This document shows, one piece after another, positions 34,391 to 44,761 of a stretch of DNA of 58,443 nt. The stretch spans positions 1 to 58,443 of the forward strand of contig PFOB01000019.1 in the NCBI GenBank assembly GCA_002792315.1. Reading direction: 5' to 3'. Made by a program: the position numbers and the translations under genes. This DNA comes from Candidatus Roizmanbacteria bacterium CG_4_10_14_0_2_um_filter_39_13 (GTDB lineage Bacteria; Patescibacteriota; Microgenomatia; UBA1406; GWC2-37-13). The notes beneath the pieces were generated by a model. It was not told where the DNA came from. It did no database searches and was given only the letters and a program-made list of their open reading frames with translations. Positions within the stretch are counted from its first letter, which is position 1; each line of letters opens with the position of its first letter.

Positions 34391-36172
34391 ATGATCGATA
34401 TCTTCAAAGGTTTGAATCCACAGCAAAAAAAGGCAATAGAGTGCATTCACGGACCTTCTATTGTATTGGCGGGGGCTGGATCCGGAAAGACGAGAGTACT
34501 CGTGCATAAGGTACTCAATCTTATCGAAAATCATACTGTTGATCCACGATCAATTGTGATGATCACCTTTACCAACAAAGCTGCACGTGAAATGAAGGAT
34601 CGGATTGCAGCAATTACTGAAAATAAAACAACTCTTGGATACATTGGGACATTTCATTCATTTTGTGCCATGATCTTGCGTCGAGATGGAGAATATATAG
34701 GCATCCCACACTCCTACACGATATATGACGATGGTGACCAACAGCAACTTCTCAAACAGATTCTCAAAAAGAAACAGTCCAAATTTTCTCCACGATTTTT
34801 CTCCGCAAAAATTTCAGATGCAAAAAACCAGTTAGTAAGTCCTGAACGATTCATTGAAATATTCTCCTTTTATCGCAGCGCACAAGTTGCAGAGGTGTAT
34901 CATCAATATCAAAAAGAGTTACAAAAAAATGATGCATTAGATTTTGACGACTTGCTCATGAAAGTTGTTGATTTGTTTCGAATGCACATGCCAATATTAG
35001 AAAAATATCAAAATAGGTATCAGCATCTTCTCGTTGATGAATTCCAAGATACAAACGTTGCGCAATATATAATTGCAAAAAAATTGAGTCAAATTCATAA
35101 AAATGTAACAGTAGTGGGGGATTTCTCTCAGAGTATCTATTCCTGGCGAGGAGCTGATATTCGCAATCTTGAAAAATTTAGTGAAGATTTTGAAGGAGCT
35201 CAAAAAATTAATCTTGAGCAAAATTATCGGTCAACACAAAAAATACTCGACTTTGCGTATGAGATAATTTCAGAAAATCAAACACACCCAATACTGCATC
35301 TGCATACTGATGCTGAGCCTGGTGATGATGTCGAGATTATCGAGGTAGAAAATGAGGAAGATGAGGCAACGTATATTGCTGAACGGATCCAAGATGTGGC
35401 AAATGAAATTGATTATTCTGAAATTGCGGTGCTCTATCGAACAAATGCACAGTCACGTTCGATTGAAGAATTATTTTTACATTTTGGTATTCCCTATACT
35501 TTGATTGGCGGAACGCGCTTTTATGATAGAAAGGAAGTAAAAGATATTTTATGTTATTTACGACTTCTCCTTCATCCCGACGATAGCGTTGCTTTAGAGC
35601 GTGTAATTAAGCTTGGTAAGCGAAGATTTCAAAAATACAAAGAGTTATTTCTCCAGATTAAAGATTTGGTGCTGGAGCTTCCCACTGCAGAGCTTATGGA
35701 GATGATCTTTGACAAAACAGAGTATCTCGGATTGTACGATCCTGATGTTTCCGAAGATTATGCACGACTTGAGAATATTAAAGAACTCAAATCAGTAGCG
35801 CTGACATTTCCAAACCTAGTGGATTTTCTTGAACAAGTGGCGCTTGTTGAATCAGAATATTTTGAAGGAGAAAAATCGGGAAAATCAAAAGATGGCGTAC
35901 GCCTCATGACGTTACATCAGGCAAAAGGTTTAGAGTTTACTCATGTATTTATCACAGGTCTTGAGGAGGGACTTCTTCCCCATTCGCGATCAATTGATGA
36001 TATTCACCAACTTGAAGAAGAGAGAAGATTGTTTTATGTTGGTGTTACGCGTGCAAAGAAAAATTTAGTCATAACACATGCAAAGCGTAGATTCATATTT
36101 GGTCGTCGAAATGCAGCAATGAAATCTCGCTTTATAAGATCGGGAGAAGAGGATGAAATTGAGTGGTGGTGA
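34391..36172 (+). CDS. UvrD/PcrA-type superfamily 1 DNA helicase
   Basis: Walker A AGAGSGKT, motif II VDEFQDTN, motif VI YVGVTRAKKNL. Started at ATG 34391 (MIDIFKGLNPQQ). Confidence 0.85.
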   Translation: MIDIFKGLNPQQKKAIECIHGPSIVLAGAGSGKTRVLVHKVLNLIENHTVDPRSIVMITFTNKAAREMKDRIAAITENKTTLGYIGTFHSFCAMILRRDGEYIGIPHSYTIYDDGDQQQLLKQILKKKQSKFSPRFFSAKISDAKNQLVSPERFIEIFSFYRSAQVAEVYHQYQKELQKNDALDFDDLLMKVVDLFRMHMPILEKYQNRYQHLLVDEFQDTNVAQYIIAKKLSQIHKNVTVVGDFSQSIYSWRGADIRNLEKFSEDFEGAQKINLEQNYRSTQKILDFAYEIISENQTHPILHLHTDAEPGDDVEIIEVENEEDEATYIAERIQDVANEIDYSEIAVLYRTNAQSRSIEELFLHFGIPYTLIGGTRFYDRKEVKDILCYLRLLLHPDDSVALERVIKLGKRRFQKYKELFLQIKDLVLELPTAELMEMIFDKTEYLGLYDPDVSEDYARLENIKELKSVALTFPNLVDFLEQVALVESEYFEGEKSGKSKDGVRLMTLHQAKGLEFTHVFITGLEEGLLPHSRSIDDIHQLEEERRLFYVGVTRAKKNLVITHAKRRFIFGRRNAAMKSRFIRSGEEDEIEWW

Positions 36173-36174
36173 TG

Positions 36175-36747
36175 TCAGTTGACAGAAACGGCATCTTCTA
36201 TCTCTTTCTCAAATGCGATCTGAGATACCATCTCCTTGTATTCTTCTTGAGTTATCATCTCTTCTTCTAAAAGCCAGTCAAATTTCTTGATTTCATGTTC
36301 AGGATCATTTTCTGGGATGTATTTAAAATGCAAATCTCGATAGTGTTTGTTTCTCATATCGAAGATAGTTTTTATGATTATGTCGTGATTTTTATCGTGA
36401 ATGATGTACATTTTTTTAGCTGAGGATTCGATAATTGTATACTTAACAAATGAAAGGTAGTAGAGGACAAACATGACTACAGATCCGATTAAGAATGCAA
36501 AGAAAAGAGTTGGTATTTTCATCACATAGGTCATGAATGCGAAGATGATTCCTATTATGAGAAGGTATGTAGCATAACTTTTGAAAGCATCATTTTTTTC
36601 AACATATGTTATGGTATTTTTTGAAACTGTTTCGGGGTATATATCAAATGTTCCGGATGATCCTTCATCTTGAATATAGTACTTAATTTTTGAATCAAAA
36701 AACTCTACCTCAATATAGTTTTTTCCTTTTTTTTGAGTATATTTCAT
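36175..36747 (-). CDS. membrane protein with SHOCT-like C-terminal helix, function unknown
   Basis: Two central TM helices. The C-terminal WLLEEEMITQEEYKEMVSQI resembles the SHOCT motif. The ORF could extend to 36804. Confidence 0.4.
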   Translation of the reverse strand: MKYTQKKGKNYIEVEFFDSKIKYYIQDEGSSGTFDIYPETVSKNTITYVEKNDAFKSYATYLLIIGIIFAFMTYVMKIPTLFFAFLIGSVVMFVLYYLSFVKYTIIESSAKKMYIIHDKNHDIIIKTIFDMRNKHYRDLHFKYIPENDPEHEIKKFDWLLEEEMITQEEYKEMVSQIAFEKEIEDAVSVN

Positions 36748-36831
36748 ATTTTTGAAAATTGTACAATCATTCAGTATATAATGCAATATTGGTACTGATA
36801 TCAATACTTTTTATTGTGAAATGTTGGCAAT

Positions 36832-37512
36832 ATGAAAATAAATTTAATTATAGATTTTGACTCAACATTCATCACTGGTGAATCTTTGGAATGGCTAGCT
36901 GAGGAGGCTTTGAAAAGTAAACCACACAATGAACAAAAAAAAATACTTTCTCAAATCGAAGAAATAACCCGAAATGGAATGGAGGGGAAACTATCATTTG
37001 AAGAATCGCTTCGACAACGGCTTGCATTATTTAAGCCAAGCAAATCACATATTGATCAACTTGTTAAAAGAATTGAAAACTCTCTTACGCCTTCTTTTGA
37101 GAAGAACCGAGAATTCATTCAGCAAAATGCGCCGAATATTTATATAGTTTCTGGCGGATTTCATGAGTATATGGATCAAGTTCTTGAAACATTTAGCATA
37201 CTAAAGCAAAATATCTCAGCAAATTCGTTTATATTTGATGGAGATCTTGTGGATGGATTTGACTCTACAAATGTATTGAGTAAGTCTCAGGGAAAGATTG
37301 AGGCAGTGCGTGCAATGAATCTTGATGGTAAAGTCATAGTCATTGGAGATGGATATACCGATTATGAAATTGTTGCAAAAGGCGCAGGAGATTTCTTTAT
37401 AGCATTTACTGAAAACATATATCGTGGTTTTGTAAATGAAGTACATCACATTGAAGCTCAATCGTTTGACGAAGTCATGGCTTTTTATCGTCGTTATGTA
37501 AAGAAAGAGTAG
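36832..37512 (+). CDS. serB: phosphoserine phosphatase (HAD family)
   Basis: IIDFDSTFITGESLEWLAE (DxDxT), VSGGF and IGDGYTDYE. Sits directly upstream of serA and serC. Confidence 0.75.
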   Translation: MKINLIIDFDSTFITGESLEWLAEEALKSKPHNEQKKILSQIEEITRNGMEGKLSFEESLRQRLALFKPSKSHIDQLVKRIENSLTPSFEKNREFIQQNAPNIYIVSGGFHEYMDQVLETFSILKQNISANSFIFDGDLVDGFDSTNVLSKSQGKIEAVRAMNLDGKVIVIGDGYTDYEIVAKGAGDFFIAFTENIYRGFVNEVHHIEAQSFDEVMAFYRRYVKKE

Positions 37513-37525
37513 TATAATTTTTTCT

Positions 37526-38755
37526 ATGAAACGTTCGTTATCCTATCCAAAAAATAAAATCAAAGTTCTCCTGCTTGAAAATATTGACTCACTTGCTCAA
37601 GATATATTGTCTGAGGAGGGATATTCGGTAAAAACAGTTTCGTCTGCGTTATCAGAGAAAGAACTTATAGATGAAATCAAAAATATCTCTATAATTGGCA
37701 TTCGCTCAAAAACTCAGTTATCATCCGAAATAATCAATTCATCAACGAAACTTCTTGCAATTGGTGCATTTTGTATTGGGACAAATCAGATTGATTCGAA
37801 AGCTTCAGCGCTCAAAGGAATTCCCATTTTCAATGCTCCCTACAGTAATACGCGAAGTGTGGTCGAATTAATTCTTGGCGAGATGCTTGTGCTATCGCGG
37901 AAAATTATTGATCGAAGTAATAACCTTCATGCGGGTATTTGGAATAAAAGTTCTGTAGGTTGTCATGAACTTCGTGGAAAAAAATTGGGAATTATTGGCT
38001 ATGGAAATATTGGATCGCAACTATCGGTACTTGCTGAGAACTTGGGTATGGAAGTTATGTATTATGATACTTCTGATAAACTTTCTCTTGGAAATGCAAA
38101 AAGCTGCACCACCATGAAAGAGGTTCTCAAAAATGCTGATATCGTGACGATCCATGTCGATGGTCGTTCGGCGAACAAAAATTTAATAGGAAAGAAGGAA
38201 TTTGCACTGATGAAACAGGGAGCTCTGTTTTTAAATGCAAGCCGTGGATTTGTTATTGATGTTGACGCACTCACTGAAGCTGTTACTCAAAAGAGGCTTG
38301 CGGGATGCGCGGTAGATGTATTTCCAACGGAACCAAACGGAAGTGGTGCTGGTTTTCAATCACCCCTTCAGGGTTTACCTAATACGATTCTCACTCCTCA
38401 TATAGGGGCGGGAACTGTTGAAGCTCAGCAAAATATTGCCAGATATGTGTCTTCAAAATTAATTCAATTCATAAATACAGGAAGCACTACTTTGTCGGTA
38501 AATTTTCCTGAAATTCAGCTGTCTGAGGTTCGAAAGGTTCATCGATTGATTCATATGCATCGAAATGTTCCGGGAGTTCTTGCAAAAATCAATAATCTTC
38601 TCGCTCAAAATAAAATCAACATAGAAGGTCAATATTTGAAAACAAATGATGAGGTTGGGTATGTGATTACTGATGTTAATCGAATATATGCCAAAGAAGT
38701 AGTGCGGCAATTACGAGAGATGAAGGAAACAATTCGAGTTAGAGTTCTTTATTAA
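37526..38755 (+). CDS. serA: D-3-phosphoglycerate dehydrogenase with C-terminal ACT domain
   Basis: Colinear by eye with E. coli-type SerA: IGIRSKTQL, CIGTNQID, NAPYSNTRSV, GIIGYGNIGSQL. 409 aa. Confidence 0.9.
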   Translation: MKRSLSYPKNKIKVLLLENIDSLAQDILSEEGYSVKTVSSALSEKELIDEIKNISIIGIRSKTQLSSEIINSSTKLLAIGAFCIGTNQIDSKASALKGIPIFNAPYSNTRSVVELILGEMLVLSRKIIDRSNNLHAGIWNKSSVGCHELRGKKLGIIGYGNIGSQLSVLAENLGMEVMYYDTSDKLSLGNAKSCTTMKEVLKNADIVTIHVDGRSANKNLIGKKEFALMKQGALFLNASRGFVIDVDALTEAVTQKRLAGCAVDVFPTEPNGSGAGFQSPLQGLPNTILTPHIGAGTVEAQQNIARYVSSKLIQFINTGSTTLSVNFPEIQLSEVRKVHRLIHMHRNVPGVLAKINNLLAQNKINIEGQYLKTNDEVGYVITDVNRIYAKEVVRQLREMKETIRVRVLY

Positions 38756-38758
38756 CTA

Positions 38759-39829
38759 ATGAAATATTTTACGGTTGGTCCTTCGGAGCTATATCCCATT
38801 GTACCAAGCAAAATAAAACAAGCACTGAAAGACGGAGTGCTCTCGATTTCCCATAGAGCTCGTATTTTTGATGAGTTATTTGAAAGTACCACAAACAATC
38901 TGAGGACACTACTGTCGATTCCAAAAAAACATTCAATATTTTTTCTTTCATCGGGTACCGAGGGAATGGAGCGCATCATCCAAAACATGGCTAAACAAAA
39001 AACGCTTCATTTGGTAAATGGTGCATTTGCAAAAAAATTTTATCAGATTGCATTACAACTTAAAAAAGATCCACTTAAAATTGAAGTCGAATATGGGAAG
39101 AGTTTTGATTGGAAAGAACTTTCAATTCCCCGCTCCACCGAGCTTGTCTGTGTGACCCAAAATGAAACGAGTACCGGAGTTGCCATAGATCTGAAACAAA
39201 TATATACGCTGAAGCGGAAAAATCCAAAGGTCTTGTTTGCAGTTGACGTTGTCTCATCAATCCCCTATGTTACTGTCGATTATTCAAAAATTGATGCAGT
39301 ATTTTTTTCGGTTCAAAAAGGATTTGGACTTCCTGCGGGCTTAGGAGTATTGATCGTAAGTCCCGCAGCTATTAGTAAATCACTTTCTCTTGAAAAGCAA
39401 TACCTTTCAACTGGTTCATATCATTCATTTTCATCTCTCAAAAAAAATGCTGACAAATATGAGACACCAGAGACACCCAATATTCTTGATATATATTTAT
39501 TGAATGAAGTAGTTAAAGATATGTTGAATAAGGGAATTGATTTAATGAGAAAAGAAACAGAAGAGAAAGCAAAATATATTGAAACATTCGTTGAAAAGAG
39601 CAGAGAATTGAGTTATCTTGCAGAAAATTCTGAAATTTATTCAAAAACAGTTCATGTATTAAAGGTGAATGGCGGCGCAAAGCAACTGATGGAGCATTTA
39701 AAAAAACATGGTTTTTTGATAAGCTCCGGGTACGGAGCGATGAAAAATGACTATGTCAGAATTGCCAATTTTCCCGCGCATACGATCGATAATTTGGAAA
39801 AACTTGTTGATTGCCTCTCATCAATTTAA
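38759..39829 (+). CDS. serC: phosphoserine aminotransferase (class V aminotransferase)
   Basis: NETSTGV and the FSVQKGFGLPAGLGVLIV PLP-lysine block. Context after serA. Confidence 0.8.
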   Translation: MKYFTVGPSELYPIVPSKIKQALKDGVLSISHRARIFDELFESTTNNLRTLLSIPKKHSIFFLSSGTEGMERIIQNMAKQKTLHLVNGAFAKKFYQIALQLKKDPLKIEVEYGKSFDWKELSIPRSTELVCVTQNETSTGVAIDLKQIYTLKRKNPKVLFAVDVVSSIPYVTVDYSKIDAVFFSVQKGFGLPAGLGVLIVSPAAISKSLSLEKQYLSTGSYHSFSSLKKNADKYETPETPNILDIYLLNEVVKDMLNKGIDLMRKETEEKAKYIETFVEKSRELSYLAENSEIYSKTVHVLKVNGGAKQLMEHLKKHGFLISSGYGAMKNDYVRIANFPAHTIDNLEKLVDCLSSI

Positions 39830-39914
39830 CCAATGAATGAAGCAGGTAATTTAAATTCATCCATATGATCTAAAAGATTATGTTGATTAAAAGTCTTTGA
39901 TTCATAAAATATTT

Positions 39915-39929
39915 CCACTTAATAAGTGG
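39915..39929. promoter_or_regulatory. perfect 15-bp palindrome CCACTTAATAAGTGG upstream of the cyclophilin gene
   Basis: Read directly. It lies 25 nt upstream of the ATG at 39955, just before TAACAAT and TAATAT -10-like hexamers. Confidence 0.3.
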
Positions 39930-39954
39930 GTAACAATATGGTAATATAAACGAC

Positions 39955-40704
39955 ATGAATGCAAAAATAGTAATTGGAATAATTTTCTTTGCAATTATTG
40001 CAATCATCGTCGGATTAGTAGTGCTTTTACAAAAGCAGCCAAAATCATCTGAAAAAGCAGTTGATGAAAATGGACTTGCGATTGTTGGGGAATCGGGAGT
40101 TGCCTCTCAGAAAGATGAATCAAGCGTACCTCCTCCTCAAGAAAATTCTCAAGAGATTGTTGATTCGGCAATGCCTGATCTTGAAATTACTTATTCTAAA
40201 CAGCCGGATATGACTATAGACGAAAAGAAGGATTACTCAGCAGTCCTCACCACAACCGCTGGAGAAATTACCATTGAATTTACCACAAAGGAGACACCGA
40301 TCACGGTGAATAACTTTGTCACCCTTTCACGCGATAAGTTTTATGACAATACTATTTTTCATCGAGTCATCAAAGGATTTATGATCCAAGGGGGAGATCC
40401 AAAAGGAAATGGTACGGGTGGTCCCGGATTCAAATTTGATGATGAAGAATTTTCAGGATCATATGATCGTGGGACTGTTGCGATGGCAAATTCAGGACCA
40501 AATACCAATGGAAGTCAGTTTTTTATCATGCATGAGAGTTCTCAGTCGCTCCCTCCTAATTATGTTATTTTTGGAAAAGTGACGGAAGGACTTGATGTAG
40601 TCGATGCAATCGCAACAGCTCAGGTTACGACTGGACCATCAGGTGAACCCTCAACTCCTATTCAACCAGTGAAAATAACATCGGTGGAAATTATTGAAAA
40701 GTAA
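39955..40704 (+). CDS. membrane-anchored cyclophilin-type peptidyl-prolyl isomerase
   Basis: N-terminal TM. FHRVIKGFMIQGGDP and MANSGPNTNGSQFFI. Confidence 0.9.
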   Translation: MNAKIVIGIIFFAIIAIIVGLVVLLQKQPKSSEKAVDENGLAIVGESGVASQKDESSVPPPQENSQEIVDSAMPDLEITYSKQPDMTIDEKKDYSAVLTTTAGEITIEFTTKETPITVNNFVTLSRDKFYDNTIFHRVIKGFMIQGGDPKGNGTGGPGFKFDDEEFSGSYDRGTVAMANSGPNTNGSQFFIMHESSQSLPPNYVIFGKVTEGLDVVDAIATAQVTTGPSGEPSTPIQPVKITSVEIIEK

Positions 40705-40724
40705 TCCTCAATAAAATATTTAAG

Positions 40725-41231
40725 TTAGATCTTAAAAAGAAGTTTGCTTTTATAATCTTCTATATTGATGAAATCATCTGCAATTTCAATGAGTTCTTTG
40801 TTAGCTGTTTTTTTGAATGCGACAACCTCAACCAAACATCCTAATGCTTGTTGAAGGTAATTAACCACCGGTTTAAAGTCTCCATCTCCTGAAACGAGAA
40901 TGATTGAATCGACTTTGTTTCCTAGACGTATTGCATCCATGCCAATTCCAAGATCCCAATCTCCTTTTTTTGCACCACCATAAAATGTTTGAAGTGGTTT
41001 TTCTTTTACTTCAAATCCTGCTTCATGTACTGCATTGAAAAACACATTTTCTTTCGTATCGTCTGCATTGATCACATACGCAATAGCACGGACTAAAAGT
41101 CTTTTCTGAACGACTTGTGTCAGAAGATTTTTATAATTTACTCGAGAATTGAATAAATTCTTTCCTGAATAGTATAGGTTTTGTACGTCAACAAGTACGG
41201 CGACTCGCTGATCTCTATTTTTTACAATCAT
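40725..41231 (-). CDS. NYN/LabA-like (DUF88) domain protein
   Basis: VAVLVDVQNLYYS and ILVSGDGDF blocks. Confidence 0.75.
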   Translation of the reverse strand: MIVKNRDQRVAVLVDVQNLYYSGKNLFNSRVNYKNLLTQVVQKRLLVRAIAYVINADDTKENVFFNAVHEAGFEVKEKPLQTFYGGAKKGDWDLGIGMDAIRLGNKVDSIILVSGDGDFKPVVNYLQQALGCLVEVVAFKKTANKELIEIADDFINIEDYKSKLLFKI

Positions 41232-41298
41232 GGAAGACAGTATAAAGTAGAACTGTTATAAAGTCTATATTGGCTTAAGAAGTTCACGAGAGGTTCGT

Positions 41299-42549
41299 TC
41301 ATTTGTTTACCCCTTTTGGTGTTGATGGAGTGCCAGCAGTTGGAGAGGGGGTAATGCCTTGTTTCATATCTTTAATTGTTTGCTGGACGCGATGCCATTT
41401 GTCAATTCCTTCTTTCGGATATATGATATATGCGCCATAATCTGAATATCCATCGGTCAAAAATGTATCGGTTAACACAAGGGTGTCTACCGAATATTGG
41501 TTTGAATTTCTGCCTTCCAGAAGTAATTTATTTAAATCTGTAAGAGGAAGATCGGTAATAATATGATTCTCAAGTTCATCTAAAAGCGGAATAATTTTTG
41601 GAATAAATCCTATGCCAAGTACTTTTTTCTTTACTGCATCAAGCACATTTTGTTGTCTAGCTGCACGATTAAAATCGCCACCATCTTCAAGAGCATGGCG
41701 CGAACGAGCATACTTTAGCGCTGTAATACCATCCATTTGTGTGACGCCAGCCGTGAAATGAAGTTCTTCAAATCGACAAGGGAATGCAATTGGAGGGTGA
41801 TCCTTAATATCCTTAACAAACTGTTCTAGTTCAGTATTTTGCGCATATATATTCTTAATTTCTTCCTCAGATGCCTCTTTATTAATTATCGGTTCAATGA
41901 GTGCAAATTCTTCATCACGTCCACATAGGTTTTCTTCTTCTCCTTCAATCGGATATTCGTAATCAGTAAACGTTTTTTTTACTTCAACCTCAATCCCATC
42001 AAGTGTATCGATGGCTTTTATAAATCCGTTAAAATCAATTGCTGCAAAAGCATCTACTTCAAGACCAGTTACTTTTTTTACGACTTCCTTCAGAAGTCCT
42101 GATGGATTTTCATCGGTCAAATATGATGTGTCAATATCCGGATACTTCTTTGGAAATAAACCCATTTGATACACGGCATTAATTTTGTTGTGAAATGGAT
42201 CAGTCAGTGTCGGAACTTCAACCCAAATATCGCGGGGAAGAGAAATTAATATTGCCGTTTTCTTTTTGATATCTAGGTTAATCACCATGATAGTATCGGT
42301 AAGATACGTTCCTTCATGTGATCCGCCACCATACCCAAGAAGTAAAAAGGTATATTCGCTCTTTTCTTCAATTTTTTGGCTTTCAGGTATATTTGCTTCC
42401 TGCGCCTTTGTATGGATTTTATTATAAAATCCTAATGCTTTTACAAATATTAATATCACTGAAATAATTACGATTACTCCCAGAGAAATGAGCGCATATT
42501 TCAACAGTATTTTACGTTGTTCTATCTTCTTAAGTCGTGTAATTGACAT
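41299..42549 (-). CDS. LytR-CpsA-Psr (LCP) family phosphotransferase
   Basis: N-terminal TM. LLLGYGGGSHEGTYLTDTIMVINLD and SLPRDIWV. Confidence 0.85.
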   Translation of the reverse strand: MSITRLKKIEQRKILLKYALISLGVIVIISVILIFVKALGFYNKIHTKAQEANIPESQKIEEKSEYTFLLLGYGGGSHEGTYLTDTIMVINLDIKKKTAILISLPRDIWVEVPTLTDPFHNKINAVYQMGLFPKKYPDIDTSYLTDENPSGLLKEVVKKVTGLEVDAFAAIDFNGFIKAIDTLDGIEVEVKKTFTDYEYPIEGEEENLCGRDEEFALIEPIINKEASEEEIKNIYAQNTELEQFVKDIKDHPPIAFPCRFEELHFTAGVTQMDGITALKYARSRHALEDGGDFNRAARQQNVLDAVKKKVLGIGFIPKIIPLLDELENHIITDLPLTDLNKLLLEGRNSNQYSVDTLVLTDTFLTDGYSDYGAYIIYPKEGIDKWHRVQQTIKDMKQGITPSPTAGTPSTPKGVNK

Positions 42550-42664
42550 AGGTAATTTAAAGCTTTTATTATACTGTAAATTTATTCAATGGTTATATGG
42601 TAGCGCGTTCATTGTACATTCGTCAACTTCATAATTATTTTGTATAATCATTTTGTACCACAAT

Positions 42665-43276
42665 ATGAAAATTACTGATAAAGACGGAAACTCATTGTCG
42701 CCAGTGCAAACAGTTGATAAAGTATCGCAGAGAGCGCAGCAAACGTTGCTTGAGATCGAACTCTTTATATTGAGTGCTGTGGGATGGATCCCCGTGTCAA
42801 TGGTGAGAACTATTTTATATCGACTTGCGGGCATAAAAATTGGGTCTAAATCGGTTATTAATGTTGGTGCACGCATGTATAATCCAGAGCTCATTACAAT
42901 AGGGAACGATAGTATTATTGGTGAAGGAGCGATTCTTGATGGCCGAGACACCTTGACCATAGGAGATCATGTCGATATTGCAAGTCAGGTTATGATTTAC
43001 AATTCACAGCACGATATAAACGATGCAACCTTTAGTGCCACACAAGAACCGGTTAAAATAGAAGATTATGTCTTTATTGGGCCTCGTTCGATAATTTTAC
43101 CGGGGGTCACGATTGGTCGGGGTGCGGTGGTTGGTGCAGGAGCAGTAGTGACAAAAGATGTAGGACCGTTTTCTATTGTTGGGGGAGTACCTGCGCAAAA
43201 GATAGGTGAACGTAAAAATAAAAATCCTTCTTATCAACTGCGAAGAAAAGGGCTTTTTGATTTTATTTTTGGGTAA
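42665..43276 (+). CDS. hexapeptide-repeat O-acetyltransferase (WcaF/LacA-like) with N-terminal hydrophobic segment
   Basis: IGDHVDIAS, VFIGPRSIILPGVTIGRGAVVGAGAVV and GGVPAQKIGER. ATG 42665 preferred over TTG 42653. Confidence 0.75.
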   Translation: MKITDKDGNSLSPVQTVDKVSQRAQQTLLEIELFILSAVGWIPVSMVRTILYRLAGIKIGSKSVINVGARMYNPELITIGNDSIIGEGAILDGRDTLTIGDHVDIASQVMIYNSQHDINDATFSATQEPVKIEDYVFIGPRSIILPGVTIGRGAVVGAGAVVTKDVGPFSIVGGVPAQKIGERKNKNPSYQLRRKGLFDFIFG

Positions 43277-43277
43277 A

Positions 43278-44693
43278 TCAAATTCCTTCTCCGGTCCCTC
43301 TTAAAAATACTGCTTTCCACGGACGATATGATGAAGTAAATGTTTTGTCGATAGTCATATTATTATTAACATCAAAAACTTTATAATCAAATCGTGCTTT
43401 TGCGCCCCACGCAGCATAATCAACTTGTCTTACCGATCCGGCAGGCTGTGTCGGATCATCCTCATACAGTGGATCGGGAGGAGGAACCACATCCCAGACC
43501 GTGACCGGAGAAAACGTGACCGATCTTCCATCAGACTGTCCATAAAACTTGAAGGAAAGAATTTTGTTTGCTTTATCGACTTCGGTTTGAATAAGGATTG
43601 CGCCCGGAGTATTATTTTTAAATTTGAAGTCTACTGATGGGGTAAAAATGGTTGCATCATACCCTGGTTCGGAATCATTTTCGTAGTACGACACTCGGTA
43701 CGCATGTGCTGTTCGCTCAATAATCGGAAGTCCGGTATTAAGTGCCGCACGAAACATCGTAGTAGATACCTGACATACGCCACCGCCATCCCCCAGAACC
43801 GTTCTACCCTCTTTAATAATGTATGCCGGTTGATAACCGGTCGAAGAAGAAATATCTCCAATATTGGTATTGAAAGAAAAAATAGCATCTTTTTGCACGA
43901 TCAATCCATTAAACTTGGAAGCTGCTAGAATCAGATTATGAATACGAGAGTTAATTGAGTGACTATAATCTGAAATTCCTTCTCCAATTAGTTCTTCAAT
44001 TCCAAGGTTATTTGCTTGAGCAAGAGTTATTGTAGGCTCAACAACTTTTTCTTTGAGGAGTACTTGTTTATTTGGTTGATTCTTGGTAATCGTTTGAATC
44101 GCAGAATTAATTTCAATATAAAACTCTTCTGATTGTATTTCCGCGCCATTTTTGTGTGTTTTAAATTCGGTGACTTTTCCATTTTTAAATGAAAAGAGAG
44201 CATTTTCAGGTGAAAAATTGTATGTCTCTTCAGCAATTTTTATAAATTCTTTGATGGGTGATTCAGAATATCGAATTCCAGAGGTGAATATGAAATCTCT
44301 ATAATGAAATAATGCATTCAGTTGCTGCGCAATACGAGTGGAAATATTTTCTGAGCGGCCAATCTGATACACTTGGTCAACTTTTGAATCAATATCTCGC
44401 GTAAGTTTCAGTTGTTCTCCCGAAAAAGTCGCAATTTGAATATCTTTATACAATACTTCAATCATCGCACGAGCAAAGTAATCATCTCGGCGCTTCAGAA
44501 GTTTCAGTGCTTCGGTTTTTGATTTATTTCCCATGTCAATACCGTCAATATAGGTATGGGGATAAATGTTTGAACCTACCTGTGATTGAATATTAATCCA
44601 TGAACCAATAAGTCCCATTCCAACAATAAGAATGATTGCTCCGGCAACAATTGCTGACCGTTGTAATATCGAAAGTTTATCTATACGTATCAT
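43278..44693 (-). CDS. VanW/YoaR-family protein
   Basis: N-terminal TM. GGGVCQVSTTMFRAALNTGLPIIERTAHAYRVSYY is the VanW core, followed by a G5-like C-terminal segment. Started at ATG 44693 to avoid overlap with the divergent gene. Confidence 0.85.
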   Translation of the reverse strand: MIRIDKLSILQRSAIVAGAIILIVGMGLIGSWINIQSQVGSNIYPHTYIDGIDMGNKSKTEALKLLKRRDDYFARAMIEVLYKDIQIATFSGEQLKLTRDIDSKVDQVYQIGRSENISTRIAQQLNALFHYRDFIFTSGIRYSESPIKEFIKIAEETYNFSPENALFSFKNGKVTEFKTHKNGAEIQSEEFYIEINSAIQTITKNQPNKQVLLKEKVVEPTITLAQANNLGIEELIGEGISDYSHSINSRIHNLILAASKFNGLIVQKDAIFSFNTNIGDISSSTGYQPAYIIKEGRTVLGDGGGVCQVSTTMFRAALNTGLPIIERTAHAYRVSYYENDSEPGYDATIFTPSVDFKFKNNTPGAILIQTEVDKANKILSFKFYGQSDGRSVTFSPVTVWDVVPPPDPLYEDDPTQPAGSVRQVDYAAWGAKARFDYKVFDVNNNMTIDKTFTSSYRPWKAVFLRGTGEGI

Positions 44694-44761
44694 ATTTTTG
44701 TGATGAAAGAGGTGTACGATTCGATGACACAGTTGAATCATAAATTTAGTATCATTGATAT

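Noticed and set aside
42586-42960. 124-aa ORF antisense to the acetyltransferase gene
   Set aside because: It overlaps the well-supported hexapeptide-repeat CDS and that gene's promoter region. The translation has no recognisable features.
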